DNA of 64,000 bases from Yuukianura sp. NJ FZ-2021 (lineage: Eukaryota). A program made the position numbers and the translations under genes. Shown here in pieces: positions 31,730-44,924 of the stretch; position 1 is the stretch's first letter; each line of letters starts with the position of its first letter. The stretch covers positions 3,968,001-4,032,000 of the forward strand of contig CM102284.1 of assembly GCA_046563655.1 (NCBI GenBank), in the 5' to 3' direction. The notes under the pieces are model-generated. The model did not search any database, was not told the DNA's origin, and worked only from the letters and a program-made list of their open reading frames with translations.

Positions 31730-32945
31730 TTCGTTTCGTCTAGAATTTCACTTGGATGGCGATGACGATGATTCAATACCAATGTGGTTGTCCTCGTCTG
31801 TTAAAACGTTGAATCTGAAACAAATGAAAACGTAGGGGAATGATGAATACTTTACAATTGCAATGTATTTTATACGAATAACGAAAAACAATCAAAACTA
31901 AATACAAATCAATGCACACAACCACGTATTCCCATTTCGAATTTCATCTTCAACTCCTACATTAGTTTCTCTAAATAGTAAAATGACTAAAATGTAAAGA
32001 TAATTTACCAAGCTTGTCCTCGTCGTATGTATTTCGTCTGGTCGTTTAAATTATGAAATGGGAAAGAAATTTAGGATAAACCTAGGCGTAGAACACGGTG
32101 TGACCTTGACACATGCAATGCTGTTGTGGATACTGGAACTGGACAGATCACAGTTATTTCTGGACCTGGCAGGAACAGAAAAAGTAAAGAATGACCTTCT
32201 CGAAATATTGGAAAAAGATGCAGGTCACACTCTCGTCTCATCCGGATCTTACCACCACACGTCATGAGCCTTCCCCATGCGCCAGGCTGTGACATAATTC
32301 TGAAGCACTACTTACCTCTACCACCCCTTGACACACCTTTGGGCATTCAATTATTTATCTACACAACTGAACTACTAATTAAATTGAGCAATGCTGTTAA
32401 GTAATTTTCATCATGACACGTAAATTCAGCTATGACATTAGTTATTGAACAGTGTCAACTGGAAGAGTCACAGGTATTTGTTAAATTGTTAATAAAACTG
32501 GTCAAGCGATGCCTCATGTGTGGGGTGGTGCATCAGCTGTTGAGCCCAGTATTGAAGTTTTTACAGAACCTGTTTCAAAATTAAGGCGGAAAAATGCGCG
32601 GATTCCAGAAATTCCAGAGTGATCAAGAGATGATGCTTTCTCCAAGTCCAAAGTCGAAGATAGGGACGCTATGACGCTAAACGCTGCGACTACACGCTGC
32701 TAGTCTCATCGTCATCATCAGCGATTCAGCATCGCACTCCATTCTTTGAAAACTGAATTTTCAGGTCATGAGGCATAATCAAGTAAAATTCGAAAAAAAA
32801 GTTCAGGTTGTCGTTTTTCAAAGGTCGTGTCATCTTTGTTGGTTTCATTGGATTTGATTTCGAATGCCGTTAAAATTCCTGGAGTAAGAGTCGGAGAGTG
32901 CTAAACTTGGTACTGGTAGCAGATTGTATTTTTTCCTTTTTTTTC

Positions 32946-34040
32946 TTATTTGCTAAGCGTTGATATAATCGAAGATGAGCGTGAGCGTACCATCTCGTGT
33001 CCTCTGTGTGTTTTGGTGACGCTGTAGCCTGCATCCAAGTGGGTATAGTCATCGGCAAATAGAATGAGAAATGACTTGATGTACTTGTTGGAAGGGAGAC
33101 ATTGGCCCAGAGCTTCTAACAGCATAGGGTCATTTGAGCACGCTAGTGAGATCAAAGGTAGGAACATTGTTAGACAAAGTATAAATCCTAAGATTCCAGT
33201 GTTGCATGTGTAGATATAGTCACCTTGAAAGAAGTCGTCAGGGGTGATGAGTCCATTTCGATCGACGTCGAGTCTCTTAAAAATAATGTCGCCAATGTCC
33301 TTGATAGCATCTGGTACATCATCCAAGTCCACTCCTCCCACTCCGTAGGATGTCAGCACACAGTTCCTTAGAAAGTGGTCCACCTCCTCTCGGCTGATGG
33401 TCATGTCGCCAGCGATGTCGTACAGCTGAAACACGTACGCCATCTTCTCTTCCAAGTTCCCGCGCGTGAGGACAGACAGACATGAAATCCACTGGATCTC
33501 GCTGACCTGACAAATCAGAATTTTTTAACAAATTTTTTATAATTTAGTGTACATATTTATGATTTTAGAAGCAATATTCATTCATACGACAGCTACGGCC
33601 CCAGTTCCCTCACAGAACACATGAAACATGCGATCCAGGATAATGTCCTCCGTGATGTCAAAGGTCGAGTAAATGAAATCTCGGAATCGAAACCGATCCA
33701 TTTTTCCATTGGCCGTAAGTCGGGCATAGATTTTGCTCAGTGCTTGAATCTAAATAACAAAAGTCAAAATTGAAAGTCCCTGCTTTCGACGACTGATGAA
33801 TTTGACCAAGTTCCTCTAAAAACTTGCCTGTTCGTGGGTAAAATGTGTACTCTTCGTCAATTCTTTGAGTATCGGGTTCAAATGGTCATCCTTCCTTCCT
33901 CTATGCAACTTGTGCTTTATCCCAGCAGGTTTTGATTTTGTAATAAGCGTGACTGCAGCGGCAGCATTTTCATGAATCGTTATTCCATCGTTGACGTTGC
34001 TTTCCGGAAACAAATCGTGTCCTTCTTCAATGTCCGTCAT
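32946..34040 (-). CDS. EFCAB1: Calaxin / EF-hand calcium-binding domain protein 1
   Basis: LTKSTHFTHEQIQAL..MDRFRFRDFIYSTFDITEDIILDRMF..LSVLTRGNLEEKMAYVFQLYDIAGDMTISREE..LDVDRNGLIT..PMLLEALGQCLP. Confidence 0.88.
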
Positions 34041-34559
34041 TTATTGACGCGTTAAGCGGTCTTAACTGAAATACAAATAAAATATGAATTTTAAATTTTG
34101 AATTTTTCGAATTTCGAATTTTGCTTACAAAATTACGTATTAGCTGTTATTGGTTTTTTGCTAAAAGTTGGGGGGTGACTAATCCTCAGATCCGCCGGTG
34201 CATGCTGACATAATCTAGCCAAATTTTTGGAATTCCTTTCACTACCACAACAACACAAAAGGGAAATTCGAACGACAGATGGGTATTACTAATAGTAAGT
34301 CCGGTCCGATTGAAATTAGGGTAAAATAGGGTAAATTTATATTCGTAAATCATCATCGTTTTCGTTGTTGTCACTACACTACTCACTACTCACCGGGGTT
34401 CGGGTAACTGCTAATTTCCTTATTCTGTTTTAAATTTTACTTGACCTGCTGTTTAGATTGAGTTAATATCGTTGAATTGACACTTGACAGCTACGTACTA
34501 CAGTTTCATCGGTATAAGAAGACGTAATTAATCAATCCAGTGTAATTACTAGTTGAGAG

Positions 34560-36089
34560 ATGGAGGACATATTTGGTGATCCATTTGGTAAACCGCTGCC
34601 GCCAGTTCCAAAAGTTTATAAAACCGGAATTGCTAAAATGCCACCAATAGCTGAATCTGATAAAATGGTACACCGTAGCGATGATCCGGAGGCGAAGAAG
34701 AAGAGGAGGAGGGTTACATCCGTTGTAAGGAGAGTGTCAGAAATCGACAGGCCTTTATATACTGAACGTCATTTCCGACGACACGTAAGCAAGCACTACT
34801 CCATGAACTTTACAGGAGAAGTAAACGTCTGACTTAAAAATGTAACTGGTGTTCCAGGTTCCGAATGCAGCGGATGTGATGCGTCGAGCTCTCCTGATGG
34901 GGCCTCCCGCACCGCCGCCCGATACCAAGCCCTGTTGCTCTTCAACAGTTCCGAAAGAGAATATGGCCGACGTTTTTAATCGTCCACAAAACGTAAGTGG
35001 CCCTGTGAAGATTCGTACAGTAAGGACAGCAATCAGATCGTACATTCGGCCATTTGACCAAAAGTGCTCTACCTCGGTCGACGAAACAGGTATGCCGTTT
35101 ACGAATTTTGCTAATAACTTAATCCGTAGCAGAGTATAGACTATAGAGTTCACTTTAACTTAACTAAGAGTTACTTTAAAGACACAGCAGCCATAGGAAG
35201 TGATGGTCGTTCGATTGAACAAACCTTTGGAACGAAGGCAGTCGATCTGCAGGATCCGAGTTCCAGTACCAATGTCGGCCGCTGTGTAACTATTGAAGAC
35301 GCGCTGAACTCAGATGAGAATGCATCACATTTCGCTATGGACTCATCGCTTATGGATTTCGATATGGCTGACGTTTTTGATCGTCGTCAATTTGCTGATG
35401 GGCCTGTGAAAATGCATCCAGTAAGAGAAGTAATCAAACCGGCAATCAAACCTAAACAAATTCCACCCGTTGAACAAACGGGCTTTTCCTCGGACGACGA
35501 AACGGGTATGCCTATGCCTTTTTCGAATTTTGCTAGTATTTAAGTATTCCCTATTTATTAGCTGGAGTTGCCTAACCTAACTAAGAGTTAACTATATTAA
35601 TTCAAAGACACTCCAACCACGGAACGCGATTGTACTAGTCCTATTGAACAAAGCTTTGATACTGAGACAGTCGACGTGAACGAGCCAAGTCCCAGTGCCA
35701 ATGTCAGCCGCTGTGCAACCATTGAAGACGCTCTGAACTCTGGTGATAGTGCATCATATTTCGCTAAGGATCCATCGCTGAATTCGGATTATGCGGACCT
35801 GGAAGTAAGCGATCGATGTATTTCCGAAACTTCATCTCACTCTAACAGTAGCTCGTCTTCTGATGTTTATACAATTGATCGCAACACCCAACCGGAGAAT
35901 GTCATACGGGAACCTTTGGAATCTGATGAAAGTTCGGACGAAGTGTTCACTGAACAGTCATTTGACATTGGAACGACATGTACATCCAGCGACCTCGAGA
36001 CGCCGATAAAGAGTCCAAAACCTTCCCCTAATAAGAAACCGTGGTTCATGACTCCACTGGTCGACGATGAACTTGACTACGAATATTAA
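34560..36089 (+). CDS. Uncharacterised, largely disordered protein with two internal repeats (4 exons)
   Basis: Four in-frame exons can be joined with GT-AG sites (about 34560-34820, 34858-35088, 35181-35506, 35608-36089). Contains a KKKRRR NLS-like patch and a Ser/Asp/Glu-rich C-terminus; no recognisable domain. Confidence 0.6.
34961..35795 (+). repeat. Tandem duplication of about 400-430 bp including an intron
   Basis: ATATGGCCGACGTTTTTAATCGT (34961) vs ATATGGCTGACGTTTTTGATCGT (35362); GACGAAACAG|GTATGCC vs GACGAAACGG|GTATGCC; ATTGAAGACGCGCTGAACTC vs ATTGAAGACGCTCTGAACTC. Confidence 0.88.
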
Positions 36090-36589
36090 TTGTACAACTA
36101 AAACTGTTTCAAGTTCGAATTTTTAGAAACCGATGTACCCGGCTCGTTTAGTAGTAAGTACCGCACTTAAAGTACGCAACTCGTATCATATACGAGGTAA
36201 GTCATTTCTACGTCAGATTAGACAGCGTGTCGCCGATCTGTTCCAGCCACATAGTTTAGTTTTGTAATTAGTTTTCAACTTTTCACGGTTAGGTTAACCT
36301 AACATTTTTTTCAGCTCTTACTGTTATTCTTACTGCTCCAGAAGCAGCTATAGTTAAGTTCCGTAGATTAATGGCTGGCACATTAGCGTATTTTAGATCT
36401 AGGATGTTAGTCCTTCGGGTCCGAATGATTCTTGTATCATAGTATTTGAGAAGCGGTAAATTCTAACGGATTCCGACAAACAACTTTACGATTTGTAAAA
36501 ATAAATTTCAGCAAATGTAGGAGACAAGTAGAATGAGATAATTTCAATGTCATTTTACTGTAGAAAAAAAATCCGAATTAGTGTGAATT

Positions 36590-38460
36590 TTATGATTTCG
36601 TAACGTAGATTCCCGATAGAATGTAGCCACCAGTTGGACTCATGTTAATTTCTGGATGTGTTCGTTCCGGCTGTACCTGAATGTTGCGGTACCAGTTGTC
36701 AACGATGTTCAGATTTATCCCACCGTTTCCATCTTTCAGCCACAGGAAACAATCTCCGAGAGGCTGAAAAAGAGAGTTTCAGAAATACAAAAGGCGACAG
36801 TTTAAAAAAAATCGTATATCACCTCTAGAAATTGACAAAAGATGACAAATGGAGCTGATCCTCTGAGTCTGGGTAATAAGTTTTGTAGAATCGTTAGCGG
36901 ATGCTCTTTGGCACAAATAATGAGGCCATCAAATTCTGTACTGTTCAGAAGTGCTGCAGAAGCTTCGTTCTCAAAGCGGGTAACGGTTTTTACGGACTCC
37001 AGCGTTTTGGTTTCTTCTGCCGGAGGAGTTTCGTTCACTTTCGTTGATTCATCGCATTCTTCAGCAACTATTTTTGGTTTTTTGCTCGGTGATGGCTGTG
37101 TGATGTCTTGAGAATCATCGGCGACTTCGTTCGTAGGTTCACTTCTGGTATGTCGGATGATGTAAAACAAATCTAGGGTCTGAAGGGGTTTAAGCTGTTC
37201 TGGGCCAAAGTTCATGTAGTAGAGTGCCTGCCTAAAGAAATTGAGTTATGATTTGAATTCTATTTTTCTTGGATTGTACTCCTAGTTTTACCTCTGTGGC
37301 ATACTTCCAGTATGAATGTGAAGACACAGACCCTGTCCGCCTAATCTCTGCAAAACTCCAGCGACGACGAGGCTAGAACATCCCGTTTCGTACACCATAT
37401 ACCTTCCACCAGAAGTAATGTTTGAATATGTGAGCAACTGAGCCAGAGAATCCGATCTCAGGTTCCTGTTCGTAGATACAAAGCTTTACAATTTGTATAA
37501 AGGTTATATCATAATATGTAATTGACGACCACTTACATCACCTTACTCGCATCCATCTTGAAGTAGTAGTCTGAAATATTTTTGAGTGTTGGTTTCACAA
37601 AGAACAGACAGTCCCCATATGTGCGAACTTTCTTCTTGAGGTATTTTTCTTGAGAAAACTCCGTTTTCTGCGTAAACGTTTTTGATTTGGTAATCAATGC
37701 GCCCAGAATCTCTGGACCGGAAACCCCTTTCTCGCGAAGTACAGCAATATCCGATTGTCGTAATGGTTGCGATTTGTTGTCATCCATTATATTTCTGTTG
37801 TCTTTCCCGCTGGTTGTATTGTCTGGAAGCAAATAATCATTTTGTAATTGCAAATCTCTTGTTCACTTATTATACCAAATTGCCGATTTGATTTACAGCA
37901 ACTAAACGGCATACGTTTTAGGTTTACTTTAAGATTCACCTGCGCTAAATGGTGTCTCTTGCATTGCTTGCTCCGTATATGGTTCCAAGTAGCACCGCTT
38001 CTTTTTGCTTTTGTCTTGACCTTCGACGACATTGGAATGTTGAACACGAAATGTCGTATAAAACGGATGTCCGAGGGCATTCCTTAGTTCGATTTCTTGT
38101 TGTTCCTTTCCTCGACCAAATCTTAATTTCCTATTGGATGTTAAAAATTCAGCGAATTAGGTATTACAATCGTAACTCTTTGTTAAAGTTATTTATAACT
38201 AAAATACAAAACTTAATTAATTTAATTAAATTAAAAATTAAATTTTTTAATGATAAAAGCAGCAGACTGCTTGTCTCCTCTCATTTGCATATTCTTTCCT
38301 TATTGTTTCCCGCGCTCCAAAAATTTGAAATTGTCAACATAACATACCCTTCCGCCTTGACTTCGACAATTTTGTCTTGTTCCCCTCTTTGGATCAGAAC
38401 AAATTGACCTTCCGTAATAACATCTCCTTCCACAGTCGGTGACCTTTCAGTGACCTCCAT
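36590..38460 (-). CDS. TRMT6: tRNA (adenine-58-N1)-methyltransferase non-catalytic subunit
   Basis: SGKDNRNIMDDNKSQPL..KSKTFTQKTEFSQEKYLKKK, NLRSDSLAQLLTYSNI, FDGLIICAKEHP..SAPFVIFCQFLEPL, RNIQVQPERTHPEINMSPTGGYILSGI. Confidence 0.93.
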
Positions 38461-38475
38461 CAAGAATCTAACGGT

Positions 38476-39146
38476 ATGCCAGGCGAAAAACGGAAGTTGG
38501 AAGAGGACACGTTGATATCACCACAATACAAGAAACAGAAGGGAGACGAACAACAAAACAGAAATCCTCACAGTAATGTTTACTGTGAGTCCGTCTAAAA
38601 GCTACTTTTGTACACTTAGGTTCTTGTCACCTATAACCGTGATGGGCATCTTGAGCTATTTTAAGTGCAATTTAATTAATTGATTTTTTTTAGAGGTTAA
38701 TTGATTTTTTTTTCAATACTAGACTTGACACTAGCGAAATTGAGAAGTGGAGCAAGATGTTTCTACGAGAAGTTGACTAGTCAAGCGACGATTGGAGTTA
38801 TGGAAGAAACTGGTAATCCAATGTCTTCGTCATCGCTGGAAATCATGCCAGCTCAACAGCGATTTTCCTGCGAAACGTGTTCCAGATTTAGTAGAAACGC
38901 TTTGCAGATTCCAAGCGTCGTTTGTACCTACTGCGAAAAGCAAATTTGCCATCACAATTTATGCAGCCGTTGCAAATTTGGCTTCTGCAGTTCGTGCTGT
39001 TTCCAAAAGTGAGGAAATATTTCCTGGAATTATGTTTGATCATTTCAAAATCGAAACTAGACTCATAAAGAATTTTTATTGTTTGCAGTTATGATGACGA
39101 TGACCCTCTATCGGATCAATTCGTTTGCATCGGATGCCTGGCTTGA
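38476..39146 (+). CDS. Siva-like apoptosis regulator / Cys-rich zinc-binding protein (3 exons)
   Basis: MPGEKRKLEEDTLISPQYKK...HSNVY|YLTLAKLRSGAR (donor T|GTGAGT at 38585, acceptor TACTAG near 38722), then CETCSR..CTYCEKQICHHNLCSRCKFGFCSSCCFQ|NYDDDDPLSDQFVCIGC, the Siva cysteine spacing. Confidence 0.75.
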
Positions 39147-40121
39147 AAAAATTCGTTTCCTGCTACAACGTATTAATTCTCTGCGTTTAACTGAGATTCG
39201 GTCGTCATTTGTCAACGTCTCGTCATTGAAGTGAAACTCACTTTGTAAAGTCATTCGGTTGTTCGTTCATAGGACAAAGTGTTAATTTCAGTGCATTAAC
39301 TAGCATATGCTGGAAGAACAGCCCAAATGTCCTTTTGCAAATTGCAAAAATGGGAATCTCAAGGCGTCATCCCATTGTTTTTAATGTTTAACTGGTTTCT
39401 TTTATGATAGGTGTTTCTGTTTGCTTACTTTTGAACGGAAATGAATTTTTCAATAATTGGAATCCAATAAAAATGGCCGCTTTTTCATCCCTGTTCCAGC
39501 ATAATTTGGATGAACCTTTGTTTCAGAAATGTCAAACTCTTAAAAGAATCTTTTTAGCACTGATGAAGCCGCAGAAGTGGAATTAAATTTGAGATTAATT
39601 AATTTTTATTAATGCCTTTATTTTTTTTAGAATTTTTACAGAGATGAAGAAATGCTTAATACTGTCACTTGTTATGTCCGTCCGTCCATACATCTTTTGT
39701 TTACATTCAAATTCAACACAAGAGCACAGCTGACGAGAGACGAAGGTCAGCCCGTCTCGTGTATTATTCGGTTCGTTTATCGTCAGTTTTAATTATACTT
39801 GTGTTAGAATAGTTTGATTACCCAGCTACTCTTACCAACTAATTAACATGCGATGTTGAGGTGTGGCTGTAGCGAAGAACGGGGTGTTTACCCCGTTCTG
39901 TAAGGATATAGGTGATTGGGATCCTGTCAAAAGCGAAGTTATTACAGTATTTCTTCTAAATCAAATCAGCTGTATCAGGTAGGAATTGTTGACATTTCAT
40001 AAAACGACAGAATCTCTGGCACATACGAAGGGTGCTCCTCAGCGATTCCTAACCTAAAAATTGCAAAAAAGTTTAAGAAATTGTGAAGTGTTTGTAGGCT
40101 CCACTGATCCAGTCAAGTAAA

Positions 40122-43100
40122 ATGTCACAAAAACCCACGAAGACTACAATCGCTGTAAAGGCTGGAGAGAATGAAGTTGAAAGGGCGAGGGATATGGGGG
40201 ATTGGCGAAAAGTCATTGAACTCCTGGAAGCGGGTCGAGCCGGGAAGCAAGTCAACACTGGACCAGGCGACATCTTGGCCAATTTCCTTCAGTCAGAGGC
40301 CAAGTTGGAAATATGGCTGGAAGAAAGTCAACCACTGGAAAAGGCTACGAAAGCAAAGTCTGCCCTTGTAGATGTCAAGAAAGGTCTTCAACTTGTCCTC
40401 AGTCATACCGGAGACCAGGTCAGCCATACTAAACAGCACAAATTGGCCATTTGAAGTAGTATTGCAGTAATGGTTTGTTATTTCTGCAGTCTGGACTGAA
40501 GACGGATGTTCGCGTACTTTTGGCAAAGGTATACTACACGTCTGGATTGTATGAAGAGGCACTGGATGAGCTGGAGAAGTCTGGAATCATGGGGGTATCG
40601 GAATCGGGTCAAAGTGTTCGTAACGTACAGCTTATGGCTGAGTCTCATGCTATACGAGCACATAGTCTGGAAAAGGTAACGTGGTAGTGTATTGTAGTAC
40701 AGCTAACAATTAACTAATGTTTTATTTTTCATTTTAGGTTGGTAAGTCGCTGAGAGGAAAGAATCTGATGTCCGAAGCAGAACGTAAAAAGGAGACCCTT
40801 CGATGTTACAATCGAAGTGCCGACTTGGCTCTTCAATTTTTCCAAGCCCAGGAAAGGCTGTTCGCCAGTATATTTCCAGCTCCTTCTGGTAACTTCACAT
40901 TTCCAAATGTCAATATCACTTTGAATAATAATACGACCTCAATTTCTCCGACAGGTATTTCATTTAATCTTTCAACTCCAGCTAGTTGACACAAAATCGC
41001 TTTTGCTCTGTGTAGCTACTAGCAAGTTGATATCCAGTGTTCACCATAGTATGCCAGTTTTTTAGTCACAAGATCTGCACAAAATCTAGGTTGATAGTTT
41101 TGAAGAACATGGACAGAGTTTTTACGTTTCGTAGATTTTTTCAGCACGGTGTACTGTACTACTAGTTCTTAAAACCGATTGTGTTTACGCAAAGTGTTGT
41201 TGTAAAGATGAACCAAATGCTCACGCGCTTATAATTGTATTTATAGTTTACTTTTCGTTAATTGGTTTTAGTCGATTAGCTGCTTATGTTTCTTGTTGTA
41301 TATTCCAGGTACAACGTCGCCCCATCTGCAATTCTGGGAAAAGCGAAGACCGTCGGCTTTGTTCGACCATGCCATTCGTCGTGGTCCTATACTCCTAATT
41401 GAAGATGGAAAATTGGACGAAGCGATTCTTCGAATCGGGAAGTTGTGCCGGACGTACGACACAAATTCATTTACTCCAATTCGACTAGGATTTTATCGTC
41501 GCTTAGCAGAGGTTCTCCTTCGTCACAAATTTGTTCCAAGTAAACTCACTGCCCTGGAAGCAAGTGGAACTCATACCAAATTTCATACCAGTGCGGGTCT
41601 GTTTGCTCCCAAAAACGTATGGGAGGACATTATTCTGGCTCTACTTCTTGCGTAATTCGTTTTAACACACTAATTAAACATCACTTCATTCAACTAATTC
41701 TTTTCAGTTTGATAAGTCTAAGATAGTGCCACTCAAAGTTTGGTTTTGATTTTGCAGAGAATCTATAGTAGTCAAAGAGGGCGTTCTCAATCAATCTCCT
41801 GAATTTGAAAAAGCGAGAAAGTTGGCCAACAGTAACGCTGCTGTCATTTATGACCTTCTATCTCTGGCTGCTGCTCGCTGGTCACAATACCAATTAGTGA
41901 ACGAGGTAATGACGATGATGTATGAATTCGCGACGTTGATTCGACTTCAATTAGGTTACTCAATTATTGGTGACAGGGATTCGAGCAAGCGCTGAAATTT
42001 TCGTTTGACGAGCCTCATATCTGGTCACAATACGCCCTTACCTTTGTTGCTGCTGGAACCAATTCCACAAAAAGTTTTCAAACTTTGGTAGAAGCATCGA
42101 GATTGAATTCCAAACCTACGCCATTTTTGTTGCTGTCAGCTCAGCAAGCTTTCAAACAATCGAAAGTAAAGCGTCCTCTATCATAGAATTTGTTTTCGAA
42201 TTTTCTTGATTCTGACTTTATGCTATTTTTTAGACAGAGGAAGGCATTAGAATTGCCCAAGTAGCAAAATCTAAGGAACAAGCAGGAACCCAGAAATTTC
42301 TCAGCAGAGCGTTGTTACATGAAGGGATTGGATACTTCCTGCTATCTTTCGAAAAGGAAACAAATCAGCAGCGTTTAGATGCACGACAATCGGCACTGGC
42401 TTCATTGCAGTCGTAAGATTTGATAAAGTTTACCTTCAACAGCTTCATGTAGCCTTTTCGGCTGTTTTGTAGGGCTGCTGAAATGGACCCTCTTGATCAC
42501 TTGACACTTCACTGGTTGGCAAGAGTTTACGCCTGGACTGGAAACATTGACGATGCTTTCAATGTTGCCGTCAAGGCTCTCAAGGCGTATCCTTTTCATT
42601 TGCCATCGCTGCAACTTATTGTTCTCGTACTTTCGGCTCAGCGGAACTATCCAGATGCTTTAGCTGTAACTGAAGAAGCTCTCGATGAATATCCGGATCA
42701 TCTGGGATTGTTACAGTTGAAAGCTGCTTTAGATGAAGAATTACTCGGAGCTGAGGTGAGTGCAAGAAGTATTTCCTCAAACTTTTGGTTTTGGCTTCTA
42801 GAAATAAGATGTTTTTACTATGGTTTGAATTCCAGACGGCGCTTCTAACGGTTCGTCAAATGGTGGTTGTGTGGAAAGGACTATTCGAAGACACTTATGG
42901 ACAATTGAGAGGTGACAGTCCAGAACAAAAGTCGTTCGGAGGTTATGGAACGCTCCAACTCCCGTCTCCACCGGTGGATCGTGACGGTGGCTGTAAGTCA
43001 AACAATCCGAGACACATTTTTACATAACAGTACTTTGAAATTGTTAATTTTCCTATTCGTTTTCTTAGCTTTGGCATCGTTTCGTGCAGCGTCATTAGCC

Positions 43101-43951
43101 GGTTCCTCCACAAACACAGGAACGCTTACGGCGGGATTCCGGACAGACGCAGCCTTGTCCGAAATTGCTTCATCGGTCAGCATCAATGTACAATAAAATC
43201 CAAAAACCCGCTTTCTCATGGCGAGAAATTCTCTATGCTTTAACTTTTGATTTATCCTTTGCAGGGAATTACGTGTCAAATGACTCCAGGGGACCTGGTC
43301 TGGACAGCACAAATCAACATTTGGATTATGCTGACCGATTTGTATTTGAAACTCAATCAACCTGACCAAGCAGCGCTATCGATTGATGAGGCTGGACAAA
43401 TCGCTCCTATCCATCCGGACGTATTGTTCTGGGTAAGTTAATCTTCCGAACCGGGACTTTTTTTTAGTACTATCAAAAGCTTTCGTGGGAATTCAGGTTA
43501 ACTTTTTCATTTTGAAATGTTCCAGCGCGGACAAATTGAAGAACACCAAGAAAATTATGGAGAGGCTAAACATTGGTACGAAGGTGCTGTTGCTATAAAA
43601 CCTACTCATATAAAGGCCCTTCAGGGTCTCTCCTTGATGCAGCATTACAGCGGCTCGCATCGTCTTGCAGAAAAGTTTCTGCATGAAACACTGAAGTTGG
43701 ACCCCTACAACCATCATACTTGGTCAGTATTTACGAACTTACGTTAGTAATTGAATCAATTACACTGATTAGTCTGAACTACCTCTTAAATCACAATTGC
43801 TTCTTCCTGTTTAACTAGGTACAACTTGGGAAAGGTGCTGGAAGCCTTGGGCGAATGGTCTGAAGCCGCAGATTGCATGGCAACAGCTCTCAAGATCGAG
43901 GCTACGAAACCAATTTTGTCCTACTCAATCATTCCAATTTGTTTTGAATAA
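40122..43951 (+). CDS. TTC7: Tetratricopeptide repeat protein 7 (PI4KA complex subunit)
   Basis: ENEVERARDMGDWRKVIEL, FAPKNVWEDIILALLLAES, VIYDLLSLAAARW, FSFDEPHIWSQYAL, SLQLIVLVLSAQR, IWIMLTDLYL; C-terminus ALKIEATKPILSYSIIP. Confidence 0.92.
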
Positions 43952-44450
43952 ACGTAGTAAGTAACATCATAACTATAGTAAGCATCTATCAACCTCTCTA
44001 GATATTCTGGTATGGTTTTGGAAACTAGTTTTTGTTGACCAGAAATCCAGCATTTTTTGCAGTGCAAACCAACTGAACTGAAACTAGAATTAGATTAACC
44101 ATGAGACCGATTTACTCTTACCTCGACGTGACTCCAAGCTTAAGTTTAAGCTTAAGCAGAGGAAAAGCGTGCCCAACGTCTGCGTCTATTATTGCAATTA
44201 GACGCTTCCCAAATGAACCAAGTATGCCTAGAATGAGTAGCCCAAAACAAAAGACCAGTTGACCTTCAATGATATTTCATAACAAAAAACATTGAAACCT
44301 GCTTAGCATCTCCCTCTTAATTTTTTATCCCGCTGACTCCGCACATTTCTTAGCCATGTGCTGGCGTAGTTGTTGTGCATCGGAACATAGATTCCTCGGA
44401 ACTCTGGAAAGTAAGACGCAAACACGTAAGGCATTACGACACTGGAAATC

Positions 44451-44754
44451 ATGAACTGGAAAACCGTGAGAATTCTAAATACTTAACTGATTGTTGCTTG
44501 CATGAAAATCTGTAATTATGATTTGATTCAAGGTGTTGGTGATGACTCTCTTCGTCAGTTTCATTTCAGTATCGGCCATTCCACAAGGAATATTTTCAAC
44601 CAACTATCGCATTGCGCAAGCGCAAGGAGGATACTACGGTGGTCGCCTTCCTGGAGACGTTCCGGGCGCTCGACCCAGTGTTGATCCCAGTGCTTACTAC
44701 ACGGGAGCAAATCGAGCCAAAATCGGAAGAATGCTGGCTCAATACAACTTCTAA
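44451..44754 (+). CDS. Small secreted peptide (about 78 aa), unknown family; 2 exons
   Basis: MNWKT|VLVMTLFVSFISVSA is a signal peptide (short first exon, GTGAGA donor, AAG acceptor), followed by IPQGIFSTNYRIAQAQGGYYGGRLPGDVPGARPSVDPSAYYTGANRAKIGRMLAQYNF. Confidence 0.72.
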
Positions 44755-44924
44755 CCGAAGACACTTGGAACATTTCACACATTTCACTTGAAAATGCAAC
44801 AAATCTATTTTAACATTTGATTTGATTAGTCAGATTACAACGATTTATTTTTAGGGATTAAATATGTAAATAAAGAAGTACTGCTAACTTTTTGTTTTGC
44901 CACTCTGAGTAGCTCCACGTGAAT

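Noticed and set aside
32058-32295. Short ORFs (69 aa plus strand, 74 aa minus strand) upstream of importin-7
   Set aside because: They overlap probable 5'-UTR exons and introns of importin-7 and show no recognisable protein features.
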